Both the position numbers and the translations under genes were made by a program. From Asterionella formosa (Eukaryota), in the NCBI GenBank assembly GCA_002256025.1, contig NKIB01015001.1, forward strand, positions 1 through 38,960: a stretch of DNA of 38,960 nucleotides. Direction: 5' to 3'. Shown here piece by piece: positions 22,741 to 33,952 of this stretch (positions are counted from its first letter, which is position 1; every line of letters begins with the position of its first letter). The notes below the pieces were generated by a model. The model saw only the letters and a list, made by a program, of their open reading frames with translations. It had not been told where the DNA came from and did not search any database.

Positions 22741-23899
22741 CCGCAGTTACACATCACGAGGTCTGTTTTTTTCCAAAATAATTTTATGATGTACTTCAAT
22801 CCACGCACACAGTACGTGCAACGAAATAAAAAAGTTAATGGTAAAATTAGCTTTCACCAATACGACCACTTTGCATATGCTTAGATACAGTCATGGGTCG
22901 ACTTAGGGGTATGATCTATATACAGATATGGTAAGGGTAAGCCTTTAGCATTCAGCTTGATAATCGCTCCACAACAAGCATGCAAGTCGCAGCTTCGACT
23001 TTTGAAATAGATCTCAGGACAAGGATATAGCCATCGCAAATGTCATTGGCATCGCTCGTTGTTGTTGTTAATTGTTGTTTCATGATGGTGACCGGTAAGA
23101 ATACAATTAAATAGTAAATACAGTAACAACTAGCTAGAATACAATAATATGCTGTTATTTTTTCTGTAGACATAAAATATTTGGGGGTATTGTGCCAGAT
23201 GTACGAAGGGGGGTACAGGTATCTGGGGGGATACGAGACACCAGGTTTTACGGTATTCAAATGGACACTCGAATCATGAGAATTCATAGTAGGAAACTCC
23301 CTGTTCCACGCCGTTTTTACAACCCTAGCGATATTTTCTCCGAACTAGGGTTAAGCCGGGGCCGCTACCTTAAAACAAAGTGCTAAGCTAGAAGTTTGTC
23401 CTTAATTCAACCATCAACTGCAACCAGCCATGTCTACATTGACACCTGATCTTTGTAGCCCTACTAAACAACTTCTCTTGAACTCTGATGGCATTTTCGC
23501 CTTTATAGTTCCCAGCATGAGTGAATGACAACAATGAAGGTGTGAGTGAGCATTTTGATAATCAGCTAACAATGCGCACTTCAGCATATGAAAATGGAGA
23601 CAATGGTAGTATGCTCCTTACCTGGGGAATTTTGAAAGCAAAGAGAAAATAGACAATTACAAACACAAAGATAACAAAAAAGGAGGACATGAGTATTACA
23701 ATTGTTGCTAGATGGCCCAAAGGTGCCAACAGCTATAAGCAACAAATCCCAGACTGGTGTTCCTTAGTATGGCTACTGGCAGGTTGGAGACAGTAGTGAG
23801 CAAATCGGTTATTTCAAAATGGTCATAACAAAAGCAAAACGAAAATTAATCGCATTTAAAGCAGATCACAGGCAAGAGCTCGTCTGTAAAAAACAACAT

Positions 23900-24255
23900 G
23901 AATATATGATCAAGGGTTATCATATGCTAAGTGGCACAGGATTTTCACATATATGATAGTTTTTCGATCAAAAATATGATCAATGTATCATATAATTATG
24001 ATCATGCAGTAAACTTTTACCGAGCTTGAAGTATTTTTGAGAGTATCATAGTTATAATACCATTGCATCATATAATTAATTAAACATGGTCATATGATGT
24101 GTATACTTTTGTCATACATCTATCTTAGCATGATCTTAATTCTCATCGATATCACTGTCTAAAATAGGATGAAATTGATCGAAATTTAGAACTATATTTA
24201 GCTAAGAATGGTTCTATGATTCTATATCTTACTAAGTGGCTACAGAATGATCAAC
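23900..24255. repeat. ATGATC/GATCAT/CATATG motif-dense region
   Basis: Many ATGATC, ATCATAT, CATATG and GATC copies; a similar cluster lies at 25660-25820. Confidence 0.6.
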
Positions 24256-24925
24256 AATGCTCTCATCGCAATGATTGTTGGTGCCGCTTTCACTTCCACC
24301 TTCCCCCCAATCCAATTCTGAAGGTTGTTGTACTGGTTGCCTTGCCATTGTTCCCCTGCTTGCTTTGTTCCATTTACTCCTGAGATCTGAGTTTGCATTC
24401 ACGCATATTTCTATTACTATTGAATCCGTTTCGTTGTTCTAATCAGCCATACTAACAAAGAGAAGCAGTTCATTGTTAGCTGTTCATGTTTTGCTTACAC
24501 AACAACATTCATTTCGCTTCTATCTTCCTTCACTTACCACAAATTGAGGAAGTAACTGATGCATACTATTTCTGTAGAAGAATGTGTCAGTCGAAGATTG
24601 AATGAGAAGCAAAGAGTATCGATCAATAAATGGGCTCCAACACTGCTCTTTGTAACTTACAAATACTGTTTGTCTACCATTATCCTGAAAGAAGCAACAC
24701 ATATGTGTCAGTTTTTCTAACAGTTGTGGATTGATCCAAAGATGGCTGATAGGCAGCACTTACCGATTTCTTTTGCCCACATTGATGGTTGTTGGCCAGC
24801 CACCAAATCGAGAAGGAGCTATTGAATCACTGAAAGGGGACGAGTCATTCCGTATTTGTAATCCCAGCAATTGATCATCTTGGCATTTGCTCTGGACAAC
24901 AAACCGTGATGCTATGCACAGCTTG

Positions 24926-25206
24926 TTGATTCCGCCCTTTTCCATCATATTCACTCATTCTTATCGTGCTGTATTGTCTCTTCAGTTTTTCGCATCATGT
25001 GTTACTTGAGATCCTTCATTTCAGGAAGTGTATGCAGCATGACAAGGAACATGAAAGTCATTTGCTCTTGACTTACCATCAATTGATTCCGCCCTTCTCT
25101 TCTAAGCCGCAAGTTTTGTTTTATTATCACTTTCGTTTTCCGCGTCATCATGTGTGATGATCCTTCATTTCGGGAGCAAAGTGTATGCATGACAAGGAAC
25201 ATGAAA
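24926..25206. repeat. degenerate tandem duplication, unit about 150-157 bp
   Basis: TTGATTCCGCCCTT at 24926 and 25083; GATCCTTCATTTC at 25010 and 25159; GCATGACAAGGAACATGAAA ending at 25056 and 25206. Confidence 0.8.
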
Positions 25207-27404
25207 ACATGATTTCAAATGTTTCAGCAATGAATACATATATATAAAGATTTGTAAGAAGTTTAAATGTATGCTGTGTAGTTGAACATTTGCATAGTTT
25301 TAAACACGCTCATTATACAGCACATCCTGTGTATACTAATATCAATTTTGATTATACATAGTTCAAATATATACAATGCATGATGAGTTCATAGTTTTCC
25401 ACGACCTGTCGAATTTTTTCAATTTTTGTTGTGTCAATTCTTGTACCTACAAGTCAGTGGCTGATTTAATTAGGCCCCTTCATAAATGGGAGCCATCACC
25501 AATTTTTCAAATGGTCGAAATCATACATTTATGTATATAGGCATATTGACCAAAATTCACATGGCCTACTACCGGTAGTACTTTATAATTGCTGGTAATT
25601 ACTTCTATCATGGAAATACCACAATAGTGCAGCGGAAAACTGAATATGCTCATGTGTTTAGGATCATTTGATCATATTTCTAAGATCAATTTATCCTGAT
25701 TCTTGAAAATAAATGTTGATCGTTCATTTTCTTATCAACGACACCGTTCATCATATGATCAATATGTTATGATCAAAGTTATAGGATAAACGAATCGAAA
25801 TTCATTGATTAAAGATCATAGTTTATACCGGAGTAGTTGCTCATGCATGCAACCCCTTCCCCCCTCCCTGTATACAGTACGGAAGTGATAACCCCCGACT
25901 TCTTCATTGATGAAGTCAAGGTAGCTATATTGACGACATCAGGTGGCGCAGGCTTGTGTATAGATTAATGATGCTGAAAGCATTGCTTCCTTTTCCCGTA
26001 GGTACCTATTTGTCAACATTGTTTGGGTCAATCTATTCCTGTTCCCGCAAGACCAGAAGCAATTATCCCTTTACTTCTCCTCCCAAGAACCTTCATTTCT
26101 GTTTCACAATTACCCTGATGTTTGCAGAGCGTTTTTAGTTCCCTTTTGCCTTTTGATTTTTCCACTGGTTTCGATCCCTTTTGCACCATTCAAGTCAAGA
26201 AACAAGCAACTCATTGAGATTTCTGGAGGTCTCGGTCAGTGGCACAATAAAGCAACAATCAACAGATCATGGCGGCTGTTCTACATTTTCTGTAGCAAGT
26301 GACATTCAAGAAGGGTCTGGGATCATTGGGGAGAAAAATTAGTAGGATTCTCTGTGTTTGCCCCCGCCCGTTTGGCAGCCATTCTAGTACCAGCATTGCT
26401 TCCTCTCAATCAATACTAGCTAGTATAGCTAATGAAAACCGTAATTATATGAAATGTGACTTCCTGTTTCTAATATTTTACATTGTTGCACTACTGAAAC
26501 TTGAATCCATAAATGGGCATTCAACTTGTGCTTGCTTCTTGCATTTTTGCAGTATAGACTGGCTGTGGTGGGCGATAGGCCAAGCAAAGTGTCTCGCTTT
26601 TCATGAACATCTACAAGGTACTAGTGCTTTTTTCGAGGTCTTTGTCTAATACCAACTGCTGCCATCCATTGAAATATTCCAGATACATCAAAGAGGAACT
26701 AGAACGATGACAAAGAAAATCTAATGAGACAAGAAAATTACGAAACCAGAATAACTCTGTTACTATAAATAGACGGCACAGTCTCATGCTTCTTTGTGCA
26801 TATCGCCTGCTATGCTGCGTTTCAATTCTAGATGTATTAAGTTCTTGTTAGAGAGACGATGTTACGGAGAATTACATTGTGCCGTTTTATAATGGATCTT
26901 GTTTAGCTATGATTGAGGTTGTAACACTGATTGATGCTCTGGTGACAGACCAGCCGGAAATATTCGTCTTGTGTGATGAGCCATTTCGTTTTCATTGGAT
27001 TTCTTTTCAAGCTCTTAACGGATTGCATAGTACAAACATACTGTGCAATGTAGATGATGATTCATCGAAGACATATGAGGACTTGAACGACAAATGAAGA
27101 TTTTATCACTAACACTCTCGTTCCTCTCGACAAGGTGGTGCAAGAATCAGAGTGAGGACTGGCGAGGATGATGAGCCAAAGAACCACATTACTCTAACTG
27201 GTACATTATCCTACTAAGAAATTTAAATAAAGAAACCTAAAAGAAACAATTTATATAATAATTAAATTTCCATAGTCAAAAGGGTTACTATTTAAATTAC
27301 GAGGGCATTTATCAAAATTATTAGATGATATGACGAAAAATTATGATCAGATGACCATAATCATATGATGCATCATGGAAATATGATGGATTTTATTTGC
27401 AGAC

Positions 27405-28090
27405 GCTTACAGTTAACAAGGTCAACATATTTGGACTGGTGACTATGGCATGGGACAATTCCTTTGCAAATTTTGCGACAAACAGGAAAGCAATTCTTTC
27501 CGAATGAGGATGGTATCCCCTGAACTATAATGTCTTTTTGCTTCACCCTGAGATTCAATTATCCCAACCACAACAGACCATCAATGCGCACACAGAAGCT
27601 ACTGCCGCCTCTCCCTCCTGTTGAGTTAAACTTCCGCACTGGCTTTGCTAGCACAATTGTTGGAAGAATTAACCAGTTTTGCAAATGTGAGGATGTGAAA
27701 AATGGAATCGACCGGAGGCCCAAGCTAGTAAGAGAAAGGAGACAGCGGATTCTCACATTGAAGGACCAGAACAGGATAACAGTAGGACTACTGGCCTCTG
27801 CACAAACCTTTTCCCTTGGGCCAACTATTCTTGCTGCTACACTGGAACAGAAGCGAATTTCGGACCTTTTCATTATTACAAAAGAAAAAAGGCAACAAGA
27901 ATTCAATACTCTTGGCGGAAAAGTACTTGCATTGAAGTAATACTAGTACAAGCAAACAAAAGAACAAATGCCTGTGGCAGAATTGAAATTAATGGTGCAT
28001 TGGCACAAACTATCAGGTGATTTGCTGGTTCCACAAACAAGGCAAGCTCTAATTACAAGATTCGATGACACCAATCACCGTGGTGACCAG
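27405..28090 (+). pseudogene. C-terminal remnant of pogo/Tc1-mariner-like (DDE_1) transposase
   Basis: VNKVNIFGLVTMAWDNSFA...NRKAI..GWYPLNYN..LHPEI, LNFRTGFASTIV, RITVGLL, VAELKLMVHWHK..GD..VPQTRQAL; frameshifts and stops. Confidence 0.6.
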
Positions 28091-28615
28091 CAGCCGCCAT
28101 TCCATCTCCATAAACCTCTCCTACTGTGGTTGTTGTTGCTGCACCTCCTCTTGTTGCAACTCTTTCTCCTTCTATGACTGCTAGTAGCTGCTGCCAATCC
28201 ACCATTCCGTGAGATGAAGTTTGAGACTTGTAAGTAATTGGATGCAAATTTTGTGATTTATGTAATGCATCAGAAGAATTCTACAACAATGATGCTGCTC
28301 TGCTGCAAAAGTGTAAAATATAAAGTGATAAGAAAGAAATTTGTAGCATAAATGGAGTAAAATAGACACGGTTTGGGGGAAAATTATATTTGTATACAGA
28401 TAGAAAAATATGCACTGTAAGTCACTGCTATGCAGAAAATCTCTATGGCTTGATACACTGAATCAAAACTGATTCCTTAATAGCATAGCAGAGAGCATCG
28501 TCTAACATACACTATTCACTTGCATCAATTTTTTATTGATAGTATAACATTTATATTTTTAGTCAGAAGATAGAGGAAAATAACGGTGGCTTACATTTTT
28601 TAATCGGTTCTTCTG

Positions 28616-29410
28616 CTGGTTGAAAATAATTGCGGCGATTGCTAAAATTTCTCCAGGGCAATTTGGATTCCTACGATTTTCTCCGGTTCAATAGCCCTAA
28701 TATACGAAATTACATAAGCTACAGATCTATGTATGATATATATTTAGTAAATTTAAAACTGAAAACTGTGTACCAAATTTTTTTGGGCTTCTCCGATTTT
28801 CACTTATGGCTTTCTCAAGCAGAAGAATGCACCAGATGCATGAGGACACATTTTTCTTCGAACCATCTAGTATTCTCAACATACTTATGATGTATGATAT
28901 AACAGTAGAAAAACGGCAACTTGCGTTTAAGTATGGAATGCGCAACCCCAAAAGTTTCAATGGTGGGAAGGAAGAAAACAACGATATGCTTGTTTTGAGG
29001 AAATCACCATTAAATATCCGGGGATATGGTCCATGTAAGTGCAACAATCATAGAAAGTATACAAAACAACAGTTACTCTATTCATGTTATAATTATGATA
29101 GAGGCTTGTTGTATTTTGTTTCCCACAAATATTTGAGTGGCCGGCCAATATAAAATGGTATTTGGCAATATGCACATTTATGTAATTAATATATGTATGT
29201 TAAATTGGTTTCAAATAATTTATGTAGATGCTATTAGTTTAATTACAGAAACAGAGGGTATGTTCATGTCTATGTAACTAATAATGAAAGCATTTTTTGA
29301 GTAACCCAATCCTCATGTAGAAAGATGATATGTTAGCTATGTAATCCTTCATATGCAAACAGTGAAGACACTAGTGGTGCTGGCGATTTGACACAATTAT
29401 TTTCAACCAG
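28616..29410. mobile_element. MITE-like non-autonomous element with 17-bp perfect terminal inverted repeats
   Basis: CTGGTTGAAAATAATTG (28616-28632) and its exact reverse complement CAATTATTTTCAACCAG (29394-29410) enclose an AT-rich non-coding interior; no clear TSD. Confidence 0.6.
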
Positions 29411-29415
29411 AGGGA

Positions 29416-29490
29416 GTACCCTGGTACCAGCAGGACCAGGTACAGTACCGGTACTTTTATTGCAGTGCCTGTTAGCTGGTACATGGTACT
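29416..29490. repeat. TACCWGG motif cluster
   Basis: GTACCCTGGTACCAGCAGGACCAGGTACAGTACCGGTAC directly after the MITE end. Confidence 0.75.
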
Positions 29491-30025
29491 CCTACTTGTC
29501 ATTTTATTTGTGCAAGGAGAAGAAGCATTGACTCTGTTGACTCATCATCCAAACAAGCACCAGCATCATCATACTGGTTTTTTTAATACTTTCCTGGACT
29601 CATGTTGAAACTGCGTCCCGAAGCCTTCTGTTGTTTTCTTCTATCCTGTAAGGATATGTCAGGGACCACATGGGCTGTAGATATTAACAATGATGTGGCT
29701 GAGATTGATTGTAATCATTCCTAAAAGATTGAAAAGAATTTATTGGTTTTACTTGTGGTGGCGCAGATTGTTTTCGAATTCTGATCTTGATACCGGTATT
29801 CTTTTTGATTCATTTGATTCAATGTGTATATACTTATGTAATTTCATACCGGGATGTTTCCTAAATTAATTTCTCCAATGACAATCATTATGGCTCTTTT
29901 GTTTATAAATATACCAGCCCAGCATGATCCAATGAATGCAGATCATTGAAACGTAGAGTTCAAAAAGTAATTCGGAGGCTCCTTCCTTTCACTAATTGTC
30001 CAAAATCAAAATAACTACCGGTATA

Positions 30026-31861
30026 ATGCTTAGACGAACGCGCACATTCAGCACTCCCGCTATAAAACAATTTAGTCATCAGTTGCCCTCCCTTTTCAGA
30101 AGAACAGGATTCATTGCTTCCACGGGTCTCGGGCTGTGGTTGGCCCATCGCGAGGCCGTCAGATCACATCCAGAGTTTAAGGGAACCGGGGAAACAATCA
30201 TTCGAGCATTGAGATTAGTTGGATCTGTCGCTTTGATTCTGGTAGATTATGAGTATGCCAAGTTTGAAAACAAATTTAGGCCGATACGTGAACCCGAATC
30301 AATGCAACAGTATTGGGACCTCGAGCGAGAGAAGAGAATAAAAGGCTTGGAAGAAGCACAAGTAGCATATACATCGCCTAAGGATAAGATCTTATTGAGT
30401 TCTGGCAAGACGAAAGAGGAAATCATTCTTGAGCAACGAAATGCGGTCTACACCGCTGCCGAACAATTAGCCGAGGCTGAGGACATGATTTCCGAGATCG
30501 GAGATCCGAAGGGTCTGATTCACAAGAAGGCTGCCACCCGATTGCTAAAACTTTGTCAAAAGAATGGAGGTTCATACATCAAGGTTGGACAGCATTTGGC
30601 TAATCTTGATTATCTTATTCCTAATGAGTATATTGTGGTCCTCTCGACACTCTTTGATGCGTCGCCAAAATCAAGCTACGAAGACGTATGCGCGGTAATA
30701 CAGGAAGATCTGGGAATGCATCCCGATGAGCTCTTCGATTCATTTGAGAAGGAGCCGATTGCCTCGGCATCGCTGGCTCAAGTTCATGTTGCGTATGAAA
30801 AAGAATCAGGTAGAAAGCTTGCAATAAAGGTGCAACATCGTGGTTTGCGAGAGACTTCCAAGGGAGATATACTGGCATTGGTAGCCACAGTAGACATGGT
30901 TGGCCTGATGTTTAAAGATTTCAAGTTCGGTTGGATTGTAGAAGAAATCGCACCTCAGCTTCCAAAGGAACTTGACTTTTGCAACGAAGGCAAAAATGCC
31001 GAACGAGCGTCGGTGGACATGACAAAAAATGGCATGGCGTGCATTATCCCGAAAATCCGATGGAATCATACAAGTGAGCGTGTGTTGACAATGGAGTTTG
31101 AAGAAGGCTTTAAAGCAACAGACTTGGAATCAATTGAAAAAGCAGGCCTAAAGAAGTCAGATGTTTCTAAATTGATCTCGTCTGTGTTCAACTCGCAAGC
31201 TTTTTTGTCATCCTTTGTGCACTGTGACCCACATCCCGCCAATGTTTTGATCCGAGCCAATAAAAATGGCAAACCTGAAATGGTTTTGGTCGATCATGGT
31301 CTGTACAAACAAATAGATGACGAATTTCGGATACGTTATGCCAATCTTTGGAAATCTCTTATGCTGGCAGATCTCAGGGGCATTGAAGAATCTTGCAAGG
31401 CTCTAGGCGTGGATGAGACGTACACGCTACTGGCTGCGATTTTGACTTCAAGGCCCTACGACGAAATTATGGAACGCAGCAAGACAGGATCATTGTATGG
31501 GAAGGTCAATACTGAAAGTAAGATGGATCGAGCCATAATTCAAGGTTACGCTCAACAGTTTCTGAGTGATATTATTGAGATTCTTGGCACCCTACCACGG
31601 CAAATGCTCTTGTTACTAAAGATGAATGATTGTTTACGTCACATTGACTACACACTTGGTTCCCCGACTAACACATTGGTGGTGGCTGGGAAATACGCCT
31701 CGATGGCAGTACTGCAGGATCAAATGCTTAATAATCCAACCGTAAAAGGTCGATTTCTTGCTATTTTGGACTTCATGCAAGTTATTTTACGTGTTCAGAT
31801 TCATAATTGGGGTGTGTGGTGGATTGAAAGGAGAAAGACAATGCCTGCAATAGCCTACTAA
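30026..31861 (+). CDS. ADCK1: ABC1/UbiB/AarF atypical kinase, ADCK1-like
   Basis: NGGSYIKVGQH, PIASASLAQVH, LAIKVQH, ELDF..EG, LTMEF, FVHCDPHPANV, LVDHGLY; Arg-rich acid-free N-terminus compatible with mitochondrial targeting; first ATG at 30026. Confidence 0.9.
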   Translation: MLRRTRTFSTPAIKQFSHQLPSLFRRTGFIASTGLGLWLAHREAVRSHPEFKGTGETIIRALRLVGSVALILVDYEYAKFENKFRPIREPESMQQYWDLEREKRIKGLEEAQVAYTSPKDKILLSSGKTKEEIILEQRNAVYTAAEQLAEAEDMISEIGDPKGLIHKKAATRLLKLCQKNGGSYIKVGQHLANLDYLIPNEYIVVLSTLFDASPKSSYEDVCAVIQEDLGMHPDELFDSFEKEPIASASLAQVHVAYEKESGRKLAIKVQHRGLRETSKGDILALVATVDMVGLMFKDFKFGWIVEEIAPQLPKELDFCNEGKNAERASVDMTKNGMACIIPKIRWNHTSERVLTMEFEEGFKATDLESIEKAGLKKSDVSKLISSVFNSQAFLSSFVHCDPHPANVLIRANKNGKPEMVLVDHGLYKQIDDEFRIRYANLWKSLMLADLRGIEESCKALGVDETYTLLAAILTSRPYDEIMERSKTGSLYGKVNTESKMDRAIIQGYAQQFLSDIIEILGTLPRQMLLLLKMNDCLRHIDYTLGSPTNTLVVAGKYASMAVLQDQMLNNPTVKGRFLAILDFMQVILRVQIHNWGVWWIERRKTMPAIAY

Positions 31862-31917
31862 AAAGGATAGTGAAAGCTATGTCTACATGTTGATTGGTGA
31901 AATCGTGAGCTTGGATG

Positions 31918-32823
31918 TTACAAGTGAAAGTCCCCCTCCTGCTTCCTCTTCGACTTGATGAGGGCATACTGTGCCTGAACCTTTCGTCTCATTTCCTCCA
32001 TAGCCTTGTGCTCTAGTAGAACTTGGAAGTTCTTGCTCGACTTGTTGTTTTGCGCCATTGTGGCCTTTTTGTGTACAGCACCCCGTGGTAATTGCTGAAA
32101 GGACGGAGGTCGTTCGACTTGGTCGTGTATAGTCGACATTCGAGCCGCTTGTTCACCGGTAATAAAGGTGTCATGCTCTTCATCGTCAGCCCCCGCCCTG
32201 GAATCCAAGTCACTGTCTTCAGTCTGTTTCGAACCCTTACCCTTCTTAGCCTTCTTCTTGGCATTCATAAATTCTTTCTTTCTTTGTCTTTTTTCTGGAT
32301 TTTGCGTTTGCAATTTGTCCTGACGAATTAGCTGACGCGTCTCCTGCTTGACGCGCTTGTAGAAGGCCTTTTTCGATTCCCCTTCTATACGCTTCATCGT
32401 TTCTTCTTTCGGTTTTGCCTCCACTGCGATCTTCAGAACTCTTGCTGTCCGCTGCTCGTCCTCCAAAGAATTAATCATAAATTGATTCGATACTGGAACT
32501 TCCAGCTTCGTCATTGTCCTTGGGGCCGCTGCTTTGGCATCGTCCGCAATCGGCGGCGCCACGAATTTTTCTTTCTTCAACGAATTGACCATGTCTTTAA
32601 TATCAAAGTCATCCCTTTCCGGTGCTAAATCGAAGAGACCTCTGTCGGAAGCATCTTCCTTCTTTCGCTTCCTTCTCAGCTCCGTTGCCGTATATGATCG
32701 CTTCTTTTTCTTCCGTCCATCGTCGCCAAGCCCCCAGGTAACTTCGCTGATGCTTCTGCCGCCGTTTTTCTTCGAAAATGGATCTATCGCCTTGATCTTC
32801 TTGTAGCGTGCAACTCGACCCAT
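31918..32823 (-). CDS. basic coiled-coil protein, CCDC137-like (probably nucleolar)
   Basis: KKIKAIDPF N-terminal motif, R.EGESKKAFYKRV, DQVERPP, EEMRRKVQAQY..K: motif order as I recall for CCDC137-like proteins. Confidence 0.7.
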   Translation of the reverse strand: MGRVARYKKIKAIDPFSKKNGGRSISEVTWGLGDDGRKKKKRSYTATELRRKRKKEDASDRGLFDLAPERDDFDIKDMVNSLKKEKFVAPPIADDAKAAAPRTMTKLEVPVSNQFMINSLEDEQRTARVLKIAVEAKPKEETMKRIEGESKKAFYKRVKQETRQLIRQDKLQTQNPEKRQRKKEFMNAKKKAKKGKGSKQTEDSDLDSRAGADDEEHDTFITGEQAARMSTIHDQVERPPSFQQLPRGAVHKKATMAQNNKSSKNFQVLLEHKAMEEMRRKVQAQYALIKSKRKQEGDFHL

Positions 32824-33075
32824 GGTGAAGATTTATCTTCTTGTGTTTGTTTGTGGATGAGAGACTTAGTGTGGTTTCCTTTTGAAAGCAGTTTGCTATA
32901 CATAAGCAAATAGGATGCACTTCTTGTGTTCTCCTTTTATTTTATGATTTAAAAAAATATTAAATATATAAAATTTAACATTTCCACTTCAAGCAAATGT
33001 CGAATATTTTTTACGTGGCTGTATTTTATCGGTTTCTTTGTTTCGTTCGATCCTTCGACAAACTGCGGCTATTAG

Positions 33076-33270
33076 TATACCGGTAGGCATTATACGGCTT
33101 GTCAACTCGATGTACCGCTGGTATAGTACCAGTACCCTGGTACCTGGTACCGGTAATTTAGCTAGTCATAGAATGCATGGCTATTATTGGTGAACAGTGT
33201 GGGCCTCGCTCCGAAAATTCGCGTACAAGTATGTATATACAGTGCCTGGTACCAGCACCGGGTACTCCCT
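33076..33270. repeat. TACCWGG motif cluster in divergent intergenic region
   Basis: TACCGGTA 33078; GTACCAGTACCCTGGTACCTGGTACCGGTA 33126-33155; CCTGGTACCAG 33245. Confidence 0.8.
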
Positions 33271-33952
33271 TTTGCTTCTCGAATGAGCGATGATACTCGG
33301 ACTATGCAGACGTAACTACGGTGTTTATTATGGCTACTGGTTATCATCGATTCCGCCTGCCCATCACTCGGAAATGTGGATGATGACCGTTGAGCAGCAA
33401 AAGCTACCCATCATCACGCGTAATGCCTAGCGGCTATTGAAGAAATTAAATGTCAAGAGGGTGAAGATGAGCGAGGATGGCATCAATAGTAATTATAGCA
33501 TTGTTTTATACCGGCATGTATATGGTTAGATGCATGATATTGACTACGGCCATCAAAGATGTAGAAATTAGCGCATACGTATGTAGGGAAAAGGTATATG
33601 TTTATATTATACTGCCTGCGAGTGCGTATACCACATGGAGGGGATAACGAAAGCCACGGGACACAATCTTTTTCACAATTGAACAGATCATTCACGTCAT
33701 CGGCGAGGGCCAAAGCAGCCAAGCGAAGGAAAAGTCAAACAATTCATAGAAGACGCAGCTGGTGCATTCATCATATTCGATAATTCCGCCGCTGTTTACA
33801 TTGTCCACCATAAAAAACCGTTGAGTGTAGCGGTGACTGTAATTGCTTAGATCGCAGCACCCCCAAAAGTATAACAAGGTGGTTGAACGATTTTATTCGC
33901 CGTTCCAAAAACATCACGTTTACGTTCCCGATCGATTGAGTACACTGACGCC

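Noticed and set aside
4609..23352. AACCCTA...TAGGGTT hairpins (4609-4631, 23321-23352) as telomeric repeats or Helitron ends
   Set aside because: Single units rather than tandem TTAGGG; no supporting element structure.
4757..32823. Functional cluster of nuclear/nucleolar genes (GPN1, RRM, CCDC137-like)
   Set aside because: Widely separated and interspersed with unrelated genes; no evidence of co-regulation.
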